Shown: positions 49,901 through 58,500 of the stretch, one piece after another
How positions within the stretch are numbered: the stretch's first letter is position 1
Layout of the letters: each line of letters begins with the position of its first letter
Assembly (NCBI GenBank): GCA_038087875.1
Contig: CM075993.1
Span: 7,628,183-7,692,000 of the forward strand
DNA: 63,818 nucleotides
Source of the DNA: Malacoraja senta
Lineage: Eukaryota
Direction: 5' to 3'
The notes under the pieces: generated by a model
Told to the model about the DNA's origin: nothing
The model's database searches: none
The model's input: only the letters and a program-made list of their open reading frames with translations
Made by a program: the position numbers and the translations under genes

Positions 49901-50028
49901 ATGTTGCATTTGGGGAACTTGTTGATGTGCACTGTACAGTGCCCATCCTTCTGGTAGCATTCATGCTCTTCATCGGCAGTTTGGCTGGTTTAAAGCTGCC
50001 CAACATCAAGAACAGAGAGTTAAGCTGA
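11320..50028 (+). CDS. Spliced SV2-family (synaptic vesicle glycoprotein 2-like) major facilitator superfamily transporter; 12 coding exons, one apparent frameshift; start codon uncertain
   Basis: GT-AG exons join with consistent phases and give SV2-type motifs: GFGTFH..ANASDAIEILCVSF, GMMIGGYMWGALADLKGRQR, FSYFAEFQP..RG, SWRVFVLLC..MPESPKYL, FYGLWMWFPE, NLPGNIFSILMMD, SWNSLDVVSMELYPTNLRSSAFG. It is too divergent and too short to assign to SV2A, B or C. Confidence 0.9.
11924..12085 (+). CDS. SV2-like exon (GFGTFHMLLLVICGWANASDAIEILCVSFLLPTARCDLHLGTGEMGWLTASIFLG)
   Basis: Polypyrimidine TTTTTACAG acceptor, G|GTAATT donor, 162 nt phase 1-1, TM1-TM2 motif. Confidence 0.93.
   Translation, partial: VLEHSTCCCWLSVAGQTPVMPLKFCACPSCFPLPAVTCTLAQARWVGLQQASS
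12235..12528 (+). mobile_element. tRNA-derived SINE (HE1/V-SINE-like); representative of dozens of full or partial copies in the window
   Basis: A/B-box-like head (GGTGCAGC..GGTTCGATCC), central GTGGAGTTTGCACGTTCTCCC core, CR1-like tail ending TGTATCTCTAA. Confidence 0.8.
13324..13479. repeat. Penelope-derived fold-back (near-perfect 156-bp palindrome)
   Basis: GGTAGACAAAAATGCTGGAGAAA...TTTCTCCAGCATCTTTGTCTACC centred on GGGTCTCAACCC. Confidence 0.85.
13950..14620. mobile_element. Two CR1 3' fragments head-to-head (minus then plus)
   Basis: Both end in the CCTACTCCTGCACCTATTGTCTATTG tail, in opposite orientation. Confidence 0.85.
15490..16115 (-). mobile_element. GC-rich non-coding interspersed repeat (unclassified non-autonomous retroposon)
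   Basis: Same architecture as 27236-28078: similar GCAGCGCC/CAGCGCCACC end, C-rich and A-rich tracts, AATAAA at the minus-strand 3' end. Confidence 0.55.
20677..21440 (-). mobile_element. Young CR1 3' fragment
   Basis: MRGDLIETYKIVKGLDTLEAGNMFPMLGESRTRGHSLRIRSKPFRTETRKHFFSQRVVSLWNSLP. Confidence 0.92.
23108..23270 (+). CDS. SV2-like exon (MMIGGYMWGALADLKGRQRILVLSLTVNGVFGATSSLATNFWTFLLLRFCSGVG)
   Basis: MFS motif A (G-x-L-A-D-x-x-G-R); acceptor TGCAG, donor GG|GTGAGT; 163 nt phase 1-2. Confidence 0.95.
23720..24245 (+). mobile_element. CR1 3' fragment
   Basis: ORF 23722..24180 QFWSP..RRFARLIP..RGDLIE..RVVNLWNSLP. Confidence 0.92.
25137..25672 (+). mobile_element. Full-length HE1/V-SINE-like SINE with nested MITE
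   Basis: GGGCGGCACGG..GCGCAGCGGTAGAG head, conserved core, (CTAAA)n tail. Confidence 0.85.
25174..25387. mobile_element. Harbinger-like MITE inserted in a SINE
   Basis: TIRs AGGGCCTGCCCCACTTTCAC / GTGAAAGTGGGACAGGCCCT; flanks TTA/TTG. Confidence 0.8.
27236..28078 (-). mobile_element. GC-rich non-coding interspersed repeat with (CTAAGT)n tail
   Basis: Minus strand ends GACAATAAAGGAATCTAAGTCTAAGTCTAAG; related to 15490-16115 and 30230-30600. Confidence 0.55.
28810..28931 (+). CDS. SV2-like exon (VGGSLPVIFSYFAEFQPQNRRGCMISALAAFWMGGNIFAA)
   Basis: Acceptor TTCTCAG, donor G|GTAGGT; 122 nt phase 2-1; SV2-type FSYFxEF..RG..FWM.G motif. Confidence 0.93.
29037..29452 (-). mobile_element. Young CR1 3' fragment
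   Basis: Near-identical to the 20677-21100 and 30777-31147 copies. Confidence 0.92.
29934..30141 (+). mobile_element. Penelope-derived fold-back insertion with target duplication
   Basis: Inverted arms; TTTGTGTATGTG duplicated at 29922-29933 and 30142-30153. Confidence 0.82.
30777..31147 (+). mobile_element. Young CR1 3' fragment
   Basis: Same subfamily in plus orientation. Confidence 0.92.
32469..32631 (+). CDS. SV2-like exon with apparent -1 frameshift (GLAWLVIPRTSLSFQLGSLSFPSWRVFVLLCSLPSLTAALV / MPESPKYLME)
   Basis: Acceptor GTCCTCAG, donor GAG|GTAAGG. The exon is 163 nt where 164 is needed; the two conserved motifs lie in different frames. Confidence 0.9.
33521..33840. mobile_element. 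Harbinger-like MITE inserted in a SINE
   Basis: TIRs of about 45 bp starting AAGCCCTGTCCCACGGTACGAGTTCATTCCAAGAGCTC; perfect TAA target duplication. Confidence 0.85.
34220..34825 (+). mobile_element. Decayed Penelope-like GIY-YIG fragment interrupted by a CR1 tail
   Basis: RKLEEEHLTFCLGSLHPNGMNIEFS, homologous to the end of the 5478-5748 ORF. Confidence 0.8.
34872..35071. other. Assembly gap (200 N)
   Basis: Run of N; the round length suggests a scaffolding gap of unknown true size. Confidence 0.99.
36371..36643 (-). mobile_element. HE1/V-SINE-like SINE just upstream of exon 36694
   Basis: Reverse complement of the same SINE consensus. Confidence 0.85.
36694..36774 (+). CDS. SV2-like exon (TGQEEEALRVFERMFQWNMRGTARSCP)
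   Basis: Acceptor CCCTGTACAG, donor CCA|GTAAGT; 81 nt phase 0-0; G..EEAL.V...N motif after PESP. Confidence 0.9.
38288..38377 (+). CDS. SV2-like exon, central cytoplasmic loop (IRRLLMPTIQKTSSKFYNTRVDWLKDQLLK)
   Basis: Strong acceptor TTCCTTCCTCCGCAG, donor AAG|GTACGG; 90 nt phase 0-0; weak motif support. Confidence 0.75.
38411..38719 (-). mobile_element. HE1/V-SINE-like SINE
   Basis: Reverse complement of the same SINE consensus. Confidence 0.85.
39735..39823 (+). CDS. SV2-like exon (GTDPIRKIFSRKLAPTSAALSVIFFSISFG)
   Basis: Acceptor TTCCCAG, donor GG|GTGAGT; 89 nt phase 0-2; leads into TM7. Confidence 0.88.
41547..41686 (+). CDS. SV2-like exon (FYGLWMWFPELLKRIEITGGSACSSNWSSPSGQGTENVTCYPVRTA)
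   Basis: Acceptor CTGCAG, donor G|GTACGT; 140 nt phase 2-1; YGL..WFP motif of SV2 TM7. Confidence 0.93.
41765..41914 (+). mobile_element. Penelope-derived insertion with inverted 5' end
   Basis: 15-bp duplication CATGGGGAAAAGGAA (41750-41764, 41915-41929). Confidence 0.82.
43718..44160 (-). mobile_element. CR1 3' fragment
   Basis: Reverse complement of the 10350-10790 type tail. Confidence 0.85.
44946..45041 (+). CDS. SV2-like exon (VYKEGFILAAANLPGNIFSILMMDVLGGKLLL)
   Basis: Acceptor TTCTGTGTAG, donor T|GTGAGT; 96 nt phase 1-1; LPGNI....MD..G motif. Confidence 0.93.
45099..45188. mobile_element. 90-bp palindromic Harbinger-like MITE
   Basis: Arms of about 39 bp starting AGGGCCTGTCCCACTTA; TAA target duplication. 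Confidence 0.85.
45436..46032 (-). mobile_element. Rex1/Babar-clade LINE 3' fragment (shorter related piece at about 40430-40625)
   Basis: YKYLGVHLDSKLDWSKNAEALHKKGQSRLYFLRRLR..MLQMFYQSVVASAI..CWG; ILDNAAQPLHD..RCSTERHRRSFFPVAI. Confidence 0.85.
47010..47169 (+). CDS. SV2-like exon (CASLFLSGLSVFFIWEVKTKIQSLVMSCLFSAISVVSWNSLDVVSMELYPTNLR)
   Basis: Acceptor CTCCTAG, donor AG|GTAGGT; 160 nt phase 1-2; WN.LDV...ELYP..R motif. Confidence 0.94.
49845..50028 (+). CDS. SV2-like last coding exon (SSAFGVFSGISRIASILGNVAFGELVDVHCTVPILLVAFMLFIGSLAGLKLPNIKNRELS*)
   Basis: Acceptor TTAACAG, TGA at 50026-50028; TM11-TM12 and LKLP C-terminal motif. Confidence 0.94.
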
Positions 50029-50290
50029 TTGAAGTTTCCATTTGATGGCCCATTTGATCCCAGATGAACCACAAGACTTGCTCAAGATCAAGAATGGAGG
50101 CAGAGAAAGATAGCTTCAAAAATCAAAAAGGGGAAGAATCAGGTTTAAGTAGCAGGAATCAGAAAATGGAACAAATATGTAGTGTCTGTGCACAATGCCA
50201 TCTGGTGTCTGGTTGTACTTGAACAAATGTAAATACACTCGTCAAGATAAACCAATGTAGTATATGGACATTGTAATTGTTTGTCAGAAG

Positions 50291-50296
50291 AATAAA
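50291..50296 (+). terminator. Candidate proximal poly(A) signal of the SV2-like gene
   Basis: AATAAA about 260 nt after the stop codon; further AATAAA at 50864, 51030 and 51056. Confidence 0.5.
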
Positions 50297-51069
50297 GAAA
50301 CAAAACCAAAGAACTTGCATTCACATTCGCTATAATCTGCAGCATCTCACAACCAAGAACGTCGGCTTGCATCCTACATTCCAACAATGGCTACATGGCC
50401 AGTGTACAGAAGACTCCATTAGACAGCGCTGTCCTAACAAGAATCTGCTGTGAACAGGACACCCATCATCCTTTTGAAATGGTGACAGAATCAGATGTAA
50501 ACATGTCTGTCTATGTAGCCAATGTCTCACCTGAAATAGTCCCAACATTTAAAACAGATTTTTATTTTTTTATTTTAAAGAATGTAGCAAATCTCTGGAA
50601 TTCCCCCAGAGTTATGGGGACCATTATTGGAAGCATTCCAACCAATTCGAATTGCAAATGGCCCAGTGCAAGATAATGACCACCATGTAACAGCACCTTT
50701 GCCCAGCGCCCTGCAGACTAATCCATTCCAAGTATATCACGCAAGCTACACCAGCAAAAACCACCAATTGTAACACAACAGGAGTACTTAGGATGTGCAG
50801 CAAGTAAACGCAATGTTTAATATAAAGCAGTGTTTGAATGTACTACATTTTAAATGTTATAGAAATAAATTTTAAACAGCTGTCATTTTTCATTTGCCCT
50901 CATCCAATGTCCTTTGATCCCAGATTTGCCAGGAAAACCAAAAAATTCAAATGGGAAGAAAAATTGTCAAATTACCATTTTGAACCGTGAATTAAATCAT
51001 TTTTGAAACTGCAATATGTTTGCACTGGGAATAAAGGTAATGACAAAATGGATGAAATAAAGTCACTTC

Positions 51070-52472
51070 ATAACATACTGTGAACATGGGTTTTTATTCC
51101 ATTTGGTTTTTTTTTAAACTTACAGCAAGTCTAGACGTCACTGGCCAAGATATTCCATTCATTGCTCATGGCCACACTGGAGGATTGCTACAATTTAGTC
51201 ATTGCAGTTTAGCAATACATCAGCAGATGGATTACTGGGGCATTTGGCCATTATGTACAACATAGGCTCCTTTGTACCTCTGGTTGAGTGGAAGCAGTGA
51301 GAATTTTTGCACTGTACTGGTACATTAGACATGTTCAACATTAGTTTCTGCTTCAACAGGTTTTTTTTTTTTTTTACCAACATTAACAGTTTACTTCACA
51401 ACCTCCGGTAACTACAGTCACACCTGCATACCGCCACCGTGAGGTAGAGACCTTACTAATGCTCAACAGCAGCTGGGCGAGTGACAAGGCAACAGCTCAG
51501 CAAAAAAAAAAGTTAAGGACACTGGTTCTTTGGCACACAGCTTCAGATCAAAAACCACAAGAGTAAAAACCTCTTCAAGTAACTTGGAGACTCAAGCAGC
51601 TGCTCAGCAATAGCTTCATCCTTTTAACAGTAATGAGCAACTGCTCAAAAGGGGCCAAAACCAGAAACTCAGCCTGGCCCAGCCTTGAAACCCCCTTCTG
51701 CTCAAGTACAAAAAAAAATATCATCAGTGAGAATGGTGATTAAAAACCTCTACCTACCCATAGTGCAAATTAAAAAGTGCAAAGAACATCTTAAAACTAT
51801 GTACAGCAGCTCGAATGTCGTTATTTCAGTCCAGTTTCTAATCCATAAATCCACACCAATGGTTGCAAACATCTTGATTTACAACAATGACCCAGGGTCC
51901 ATAACAGCAGCCCCAGACACAAAAATGTTAAAAGCCGCCAGGAAAAGTGTCACGGTTGTGTTTGACTAAAACATTTTAACTGGTCAAAAAAATGAAGCCT
52001 TAAAAAGGCAGTTGCATCTGTAAAAACTGAGCGTAAAATATTGAATTTGATTGCTAAATAAAGCACTCTTCTCTGCCTTATAGTCAAGTAAAAAACCGGC
52101 TCAATTATCACCAGTATCTGCGGTCCTGATGGGAAAAAAAAATTTAAAGGCACTGTATGGCAACCGCTAGTGGAAAGGTAATGAACTTGCAACATTGTCA
52201 AAATGCAAGGAATGTAAAAAAGCCTAAAAATCTAAATGTGAAGCTATTTGCTTCAACACTTTCAAGACCTGGCTATCACCTCTGTGCAGAACTTTTGTCT
52301 GGGAACTGCTTTGGTGGGCCCCAAAACCCCATGGAATTCACTGTGCATAGTGCGATTGTGAATATTAAACAGCAAATAGCAAGTGCAGGAGTGAACTTCG
52401 GTCCATAATTGCTGTTCCCAGTCTGAGCCATACCAGCTCACTCAACTCTGAAATCGCACACTTTCCGCAGTT
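51070..52472 (-). promoter_or_regulatory. CPEB1: CPEB1 3' UTR (about 1.4 kb) with Pumilio elements, CPEs and miRNA seed matches
   Basis: No recognisable repeats. Minus-strand TGTACATA at 51252-51259 and 51798-51805, CTACCTCA at 51440-51447, TTTTTAAT at 51739-51746 and 51769-51776, AATAAA at 51093-51098. The 3' end is inferred. Confidence 0.75.
51093..51098 (-). terminator. Candidate CPEB1 poly(A) signal
   Basis: TTTATT on plus = AATAAA on minus, at the distal end of the motif-rich UTR. Confidence 0.6.
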
Positions 52473-52583
52473 TTAGCTGGAATCGCGGTTCTTCTGGTTG
52501 CGCATCAACGGACGGTGATGGCGGAGAACCTCGAGGGAGTGCTGCCATTGCCAGCACGAACGACAGAAGTATTTGAAGCAGAC
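52473..52583 (-). CDS. CPEB1: CPEB1 last coding exon ([36 protein letters not shown])
   Basis: 111 nt ending in TAA; Cys/His ligands intact. Confidence 0.97.
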   Translation of the reverse strand, partial: VCFKYFCRSCWQWQHSLEVLRHHRPLMRNQKNRDSS

Positions 52584-55500
52584 CTGCGAGGAAGCAAGAC
52601 AGTAACTGGTTTTAGTTATTGGTGTGAACCAAGCCATAAGGTTTTTACACATTTACAAATGGAAATTCAAATCTCATTGACGTCAGATTTACCATGATCA
52701 GACAAATGTAATCCAGTATCTAATTCCTTTGTCGTTTGGGGTTATTTAACATGAAGCCATTTCTGGCTTGCGATGCTAATACACAATGCAAATGAGATAA
52801 TGTACGAGAACAAAGTCAAGTGACTCAAATGATCTTAGAAGCATGGAGGACCACCTTGGAAGGGCATCTTGGTCAGCATGGACAAGTTGGGCCAAAGGGC
52901 CTCTTCCATGCTCCATGATTATGATGCTGGACAAACCTACAATTGGATTGTTAAACCATTTATAACAGCTTAAAAATCAACACTGCAGATGCTGGAGATA
53001 GGTCAACCACGATCTGAGGGAAGAGAACTTCTTCAAGAGAAATTGCGAATGTTTGAACTGACAAAGATCTTTGAACAGGAACATTAGCTGCTTGCCTTTG
53101 AGGATGTGACCTGACCTGCTGGGTATTTACAACATTTTGTTTCTGCTTCTAACCAATTTATCTGTCCATCATTTACAACTGAAGTCAGTTTACTTAACTT
53201 TTATTTCTGAATTACATCAAAAGGCAAAAAGCATGTTTGTGATACTGATGAATTCTTGTGCATTCAAATACATTGGTGCTAACACTGGAAATTATCTGCA
53301 AGGAAAATAGTTCCTAAATTAATAAAACTCACTGGATCTCTGCAAAAGAATGGTCCTGGTTGGGCACTGCATGCATGACACATCGAGTCCTCTAGGTATG
53401 GATCAATCTGCACCTTTATATAGAAAAACAACATCAGTTAGAGAGACATTTTCTTCCTTCAAAAAGCAGCAACTCAAATGCACAATTTACCTTCTTTGTG
53501 AACTTTGGAGTCTTTATCTCCACAAAGGCAGCTCCAACTGCATTCAAGTAACTGCGCTGGTTATTAAAGGTGACTCGACCAGAACCTAAATACAAATCAA
53601 GCTAAAGATTCAATTAGCCTCGAAAACAACGTTAAGTTTTCAGTGATTTAAAGATTTCCAAGAACATTATTTGCATTGTAATAATGTCAACTGTCCAGTA
53701 TCAACATTTCATGGAACAGTATTCCAGACTCAAGTGCTCAGCCTTTAAAACCCATAACCACCAAATGAAGACAAGATTGTGGCAAGTGGTACAAAGTTTG
53801 TGCTACGCAGTTTTGATTTTTGCATTAAATACCAAGGAAAAATCAGCTATCCATACTGCAGGACTATCCAACTACTGGGAGCTTCTATAACATCTAGACA
53901 TAATGAACTGTAGATGCTTATTTACAAGACAGTGCAGGAGTATCTCAGCAGTCAGCATCTCTGGAGAACATGGATCATCCATGTTATCCACGTTCTCCAG
54001 AGATGCAACCTGACATGCTAAGTTACTCCATCCAGCACCGTCTCTTTCTGTTTTCTCTATTTGTGGACTCTGAGACTAAAATACAGTGGTTTGTTGGTGC
54101 AACTAGAAGTAATGTTTCAAAGGATTAATTTTAAAGGCACTGGTACATGCAGACATGTTCGCTGGAACATCATGCTAATAGAATGCCAAGCAGATCATAA
54201 TACATGGAGACGGTTTATGAAACTTTGGTTTACAGATGCCACTTTCAGTACAGGATTACATACCAGCAAAGCCCCTATATCCTTTTTCACTTTTGAGTTC
54301 TTTCCTGCTCACTTTATATTCCTCATAAGCCTCATCTGAAGCAACCTTAAATCTGTCCATACTTCTGTTTTCTTCCTCACCAAGTTTACAACCTCCTTGG
54401 TCATCCTCTGTTCCCTTACCTTACTGTCCTTATCCTTCCTTACCGGAACATGCTGACCCTGCACTTTGATTAAATGGCCTGTCCATCGGAGACTCACTTC
54501 ATCGGTGGACTTCCCCAATAACAACTGCTTCCAATCAACCCTTTAACCCCTGCCCAATTTCATTGTAATCTGCATTGCCCCAAGTACCTTTCTCCCAGCA
54601 TCCCGACCTGACCCTATTCAAGACTTGAGTAGCGAGTATACAAATACATTAAAATGTTCACTCAGGTTACTGACAACTCACTTTGTGCTGGGTACATCAA
54701 AACAGCATATAGTTACTGCTCTAAATACCCTGATTTGTAAAGCCATTTAATGTTCTTAACACTGCCCCATTACATGGATTCATGTAAATTTGGGCATTCG
54801 GTTAAAAGCAGAAAATGTTCCACTACCCAACTCTACCGACATCGGAGAAATACATTAGCAGTTTAACCAATCCCTCGTAGAAATTCATGCATATTTTGAA
54901 AGAGCCAAAAGCTAAACAAGTTTGAAAGAGTTCATAGAATTACGTTAGTAGCATTAACAGAATTTGTTCCCACAAAAGAAACATTGGTTTCAACAGAAAA
55001 CCTGAATAAAGTAACCTTGTAGAGAATTAACTTTATTGCAACCCTCAGATATATGGAAAATATCTGGCGAAGAAACTCTTGCAACAGATCAAGCAAAGTT
55101 TGGATTCCTTGTCTGTTCCATGACTGATCTCTTGGCAAAGATCTTTTAGGACTGATTACAGAAAGAAAGTTATTTTATGAATACTGAACAATTACAATTT
55201 GCAATACCAATGCATGTAGTTGATGGCAGTGCATCAACATTAACTTAAACCAAGTTCCCACAGCTTCAGGCTCCATAATGCCAAGGCATTAATGTTTTTT
55301 TATGCAACACAGACATTGCCTGTTATCTCACCGAGCATCAACCCAAAGTACTAGAAATCTGGTCATAGTGTATAGGCACACACCTAGTGTTATCCAATAA
55401 CAGAGTGAAAAGAACAGTCAATAACTAGTGATTAGCATTTGATACACCCATTTTTAAACATCCAATCCTTTTTCAGATTGAATTACAATTCCTGCCAGAA

Positions 55501-58500
55501 AGGGAGTACTCTATTAAAAGACAGACACCCTAGTAAAAATGGCCAAGGGCCAAATCAGTGCAGATCCAAGTAACAGGCAGTCAACAAGATTCATAACAAA
55601 AATCAAACCAGCAAAACTCTCTTGTCCAAAGAGGTCATTTTAACATACAGGATTATGTATGTGGAAATTGTAACGGGAATCACCCAACCTCTAGCTGGGA
55701 GAGCATAGAAGCAACACTTTACTTATAGCTCCCGTTTTCATTTTACCGATAGTTCAAAGCCTACTATTCTCAATAAGCTCCAACATGCACAGAATATTCC
55801 GACCTATACTAGACATCTAGATCAGAAGAATTTGAGATTAGTTAGCTTTGAACTGGTCGTGAAATGGAGATGTCCATCATACGTCAGATTACCCTATGCA
55901 GGATTTGTATTCCATGTTTTCTTATCAATAGTTAAGCATTGACAAAACCACCACGTCTAGGGCTTTGGATCTAAAACATCAGAACTGCTACTGGCAATTC
56001 ACATTGGAATTGATGAATAGGATTTTACATATACAATAGTCCAGAGCTTGTTTGGAACATAACCAATTGGTATCTCAATCCACTAACGTTGAACATTTAA
56101 TACTGATTTGCACACTAACTTGTGGCCCCAGCTGCATTGTAGATCATGTTGCATTTCCTCCATCATCTTCCATCTTACTCCCTTCAGCAACTGACTTTTC
56201 TTACACATAAATCAGATTGGGACAGACTCTAAATGGACATTGTACTAAGGGTTCATGAAGTAGATTGTGAATTGGAAGCCTTAGTTTCTAGTTAAAATTA
56301 TGCCAGGAAAATAGAGATTTCATGTCTAATCCCTGGCCATGCAAGACAGAATTAAATATGGAGTCATCTGACAATTGCAAAAGTAAGTTATGGACAAATT
56401 GATGACTGAATAAGTTGACGTGAAGCATTACTCCTGTGGTAAAATACTGCAAACCTAAATACAACTTCCTCCAGAACTATTTCTGCTGCAATGACTTTAC
56501 CAAAACATCCAAATCTCCACCTCAAGCTTGTCACAATTTATTTCACCTTTAAGATCTTTTGTCTTTGATTTATCATGATCTTACTCAAACTTTATTTCCA
56601 TATCCATGTTCCATAAATAGTTGTGGCCAAGATCTTTCTCCATATTATGTCAAATTGAACTAACCATTTCATACCAAACTGAGCACTGCTTTTATGAAAC
56701 ATCTTCTGAAAGGCCATTTACCATTCACAATTCAGCTTTTCATGCATGACATGACCTTTGAAATAATGCAGGGTTTATGTTCAAAGTCTAACATTGCTAC
56801 AGGTGTTAGGCTAATTAGTTTACAACACTTTTCACTTATCTTAGTAGAATGGTGCAAAATCTGTAGAGCTTTACAGTGCCCCAAATATAATATTCTTCCA
56901 ACGTTGTCAACTACTTCCCTCAAAAGCCAACCTGTTTTTAATGGGGGCCCATATCTTCTTTATTTAATGTTATAACATTTTGGAATGTGTAAAATGTGTC
57001 TGCTTCTGCTAATAACAATTTTTTAAATGACATACTGGGTTTAAATAGTTAACAAAGGAACACTTACACAGTCTGTGACTTGGTCTCAATTAGACTAAAC
57101 AATTGTGTCCTTCAGATGTTATATGCATGCTATCGTGAATACCAGCCAAAAGCACCAACATTAGTTGGGAGCTCAGTTATGGTAACAAATGCAGAGGATC
57201 TAATTTTGTTTGCAGCTTGTATTATGATTAACAGATCATCTAAATTACTCAATTTATGGAAAGATAATATGCTTGGAATGCTCAGATAGAAGGCAGAAAT
57301 AAACATCACTTTTGCATTTCCCTAAAGAATACTGGTACTAATAAGTAGTTAGAAAGATCAGACATCTTCACTAAATGATAGTACTTCAATTTACAATTAC
57401 CCATTGTACTAAGGGCAATTTTAAAGGTGGTACTTTGAAGCACAAATACCCAGTAGAAGTAACATACCAATTGGATACTTGTGCTTGTCAGTATCAATAC
57501 CAGCATGTACTACTCCCCCAAATAAGTCATTCATGATGGTTGCCAAGGCCTCTGCATTCAACATTCCGTGTAGTGCTCCAACAAAAACTGTTTTACTGAG
57601 ATCCAGGCGCTGAGATGGGCTGCGAACAAAGTTGCTGTCAGAAAGGACCCACGGTATGACCTGCACCTGCAAAATTTAGAGCAGAGGAGAGATTTACAAA
57701 TAGTTTTACAAACGCCCTGAAAAGTTTGCCCTTACACTGATACAAGGATCAATACATCCACACAAACTGCAGTTAGCATAGAATTTACTGCCATTAAGCC
57801 TGTTTTTTGCAACGTCCATAGGCATTGTAATCTTTATTCATGAGTAAATTGATTATACATAAACATTTGATCCTGTGGACTTGTGGTGCCTGATGCAAAG
57901 CCAGCTAGTGTTCTTCCTCAGCCATGAGACATAAATCATTGGATCTACTTGACCTGATCCAACTCGAGGAGCAAGTGCCTCCGTCTCAAAGACAATCCCT
58001 CATTGGAAGAATGGGCTGAGCAACATCCCCACCCACTAATTTACCCCAGCTGCCAACTAAATCTGGGGCCATACTCATTGCCTTCGTTCCAAAGATGTCC
58101 AGTGAAGATGAGAATCAAAACAAGCAGGACGGCACTCTGGCCTTATGGCCTGGGCCAAAAGATGTACAATTTCCTTCAAAATACCACAATTTGAGAAGAA
58201 TTAAACATCAATTCTGATCAAAGAAATTAAGACTTACTACAAAGTACAAAGCAATGGATTATCATATTTTCCTCATCTAATAGAAATAGTCTCAGTTAAA
58301 AGCAAGGCCCAAAAACCCAAACTTTGTCAAGCAGGAACAGACAGCATTGTTTAACATTTGGCTGGAATCATAAGAGACCAAATAATCATCAAGTACTCAG
58401 TCAACATTCAGCATTGTTGGTTATTACCAGTGCTTTTTTTGCAGACAAAAAGGTGCCGGTAAGCATATTGTTCCTTGCTGTTGGTGTCTATGACAGATAG

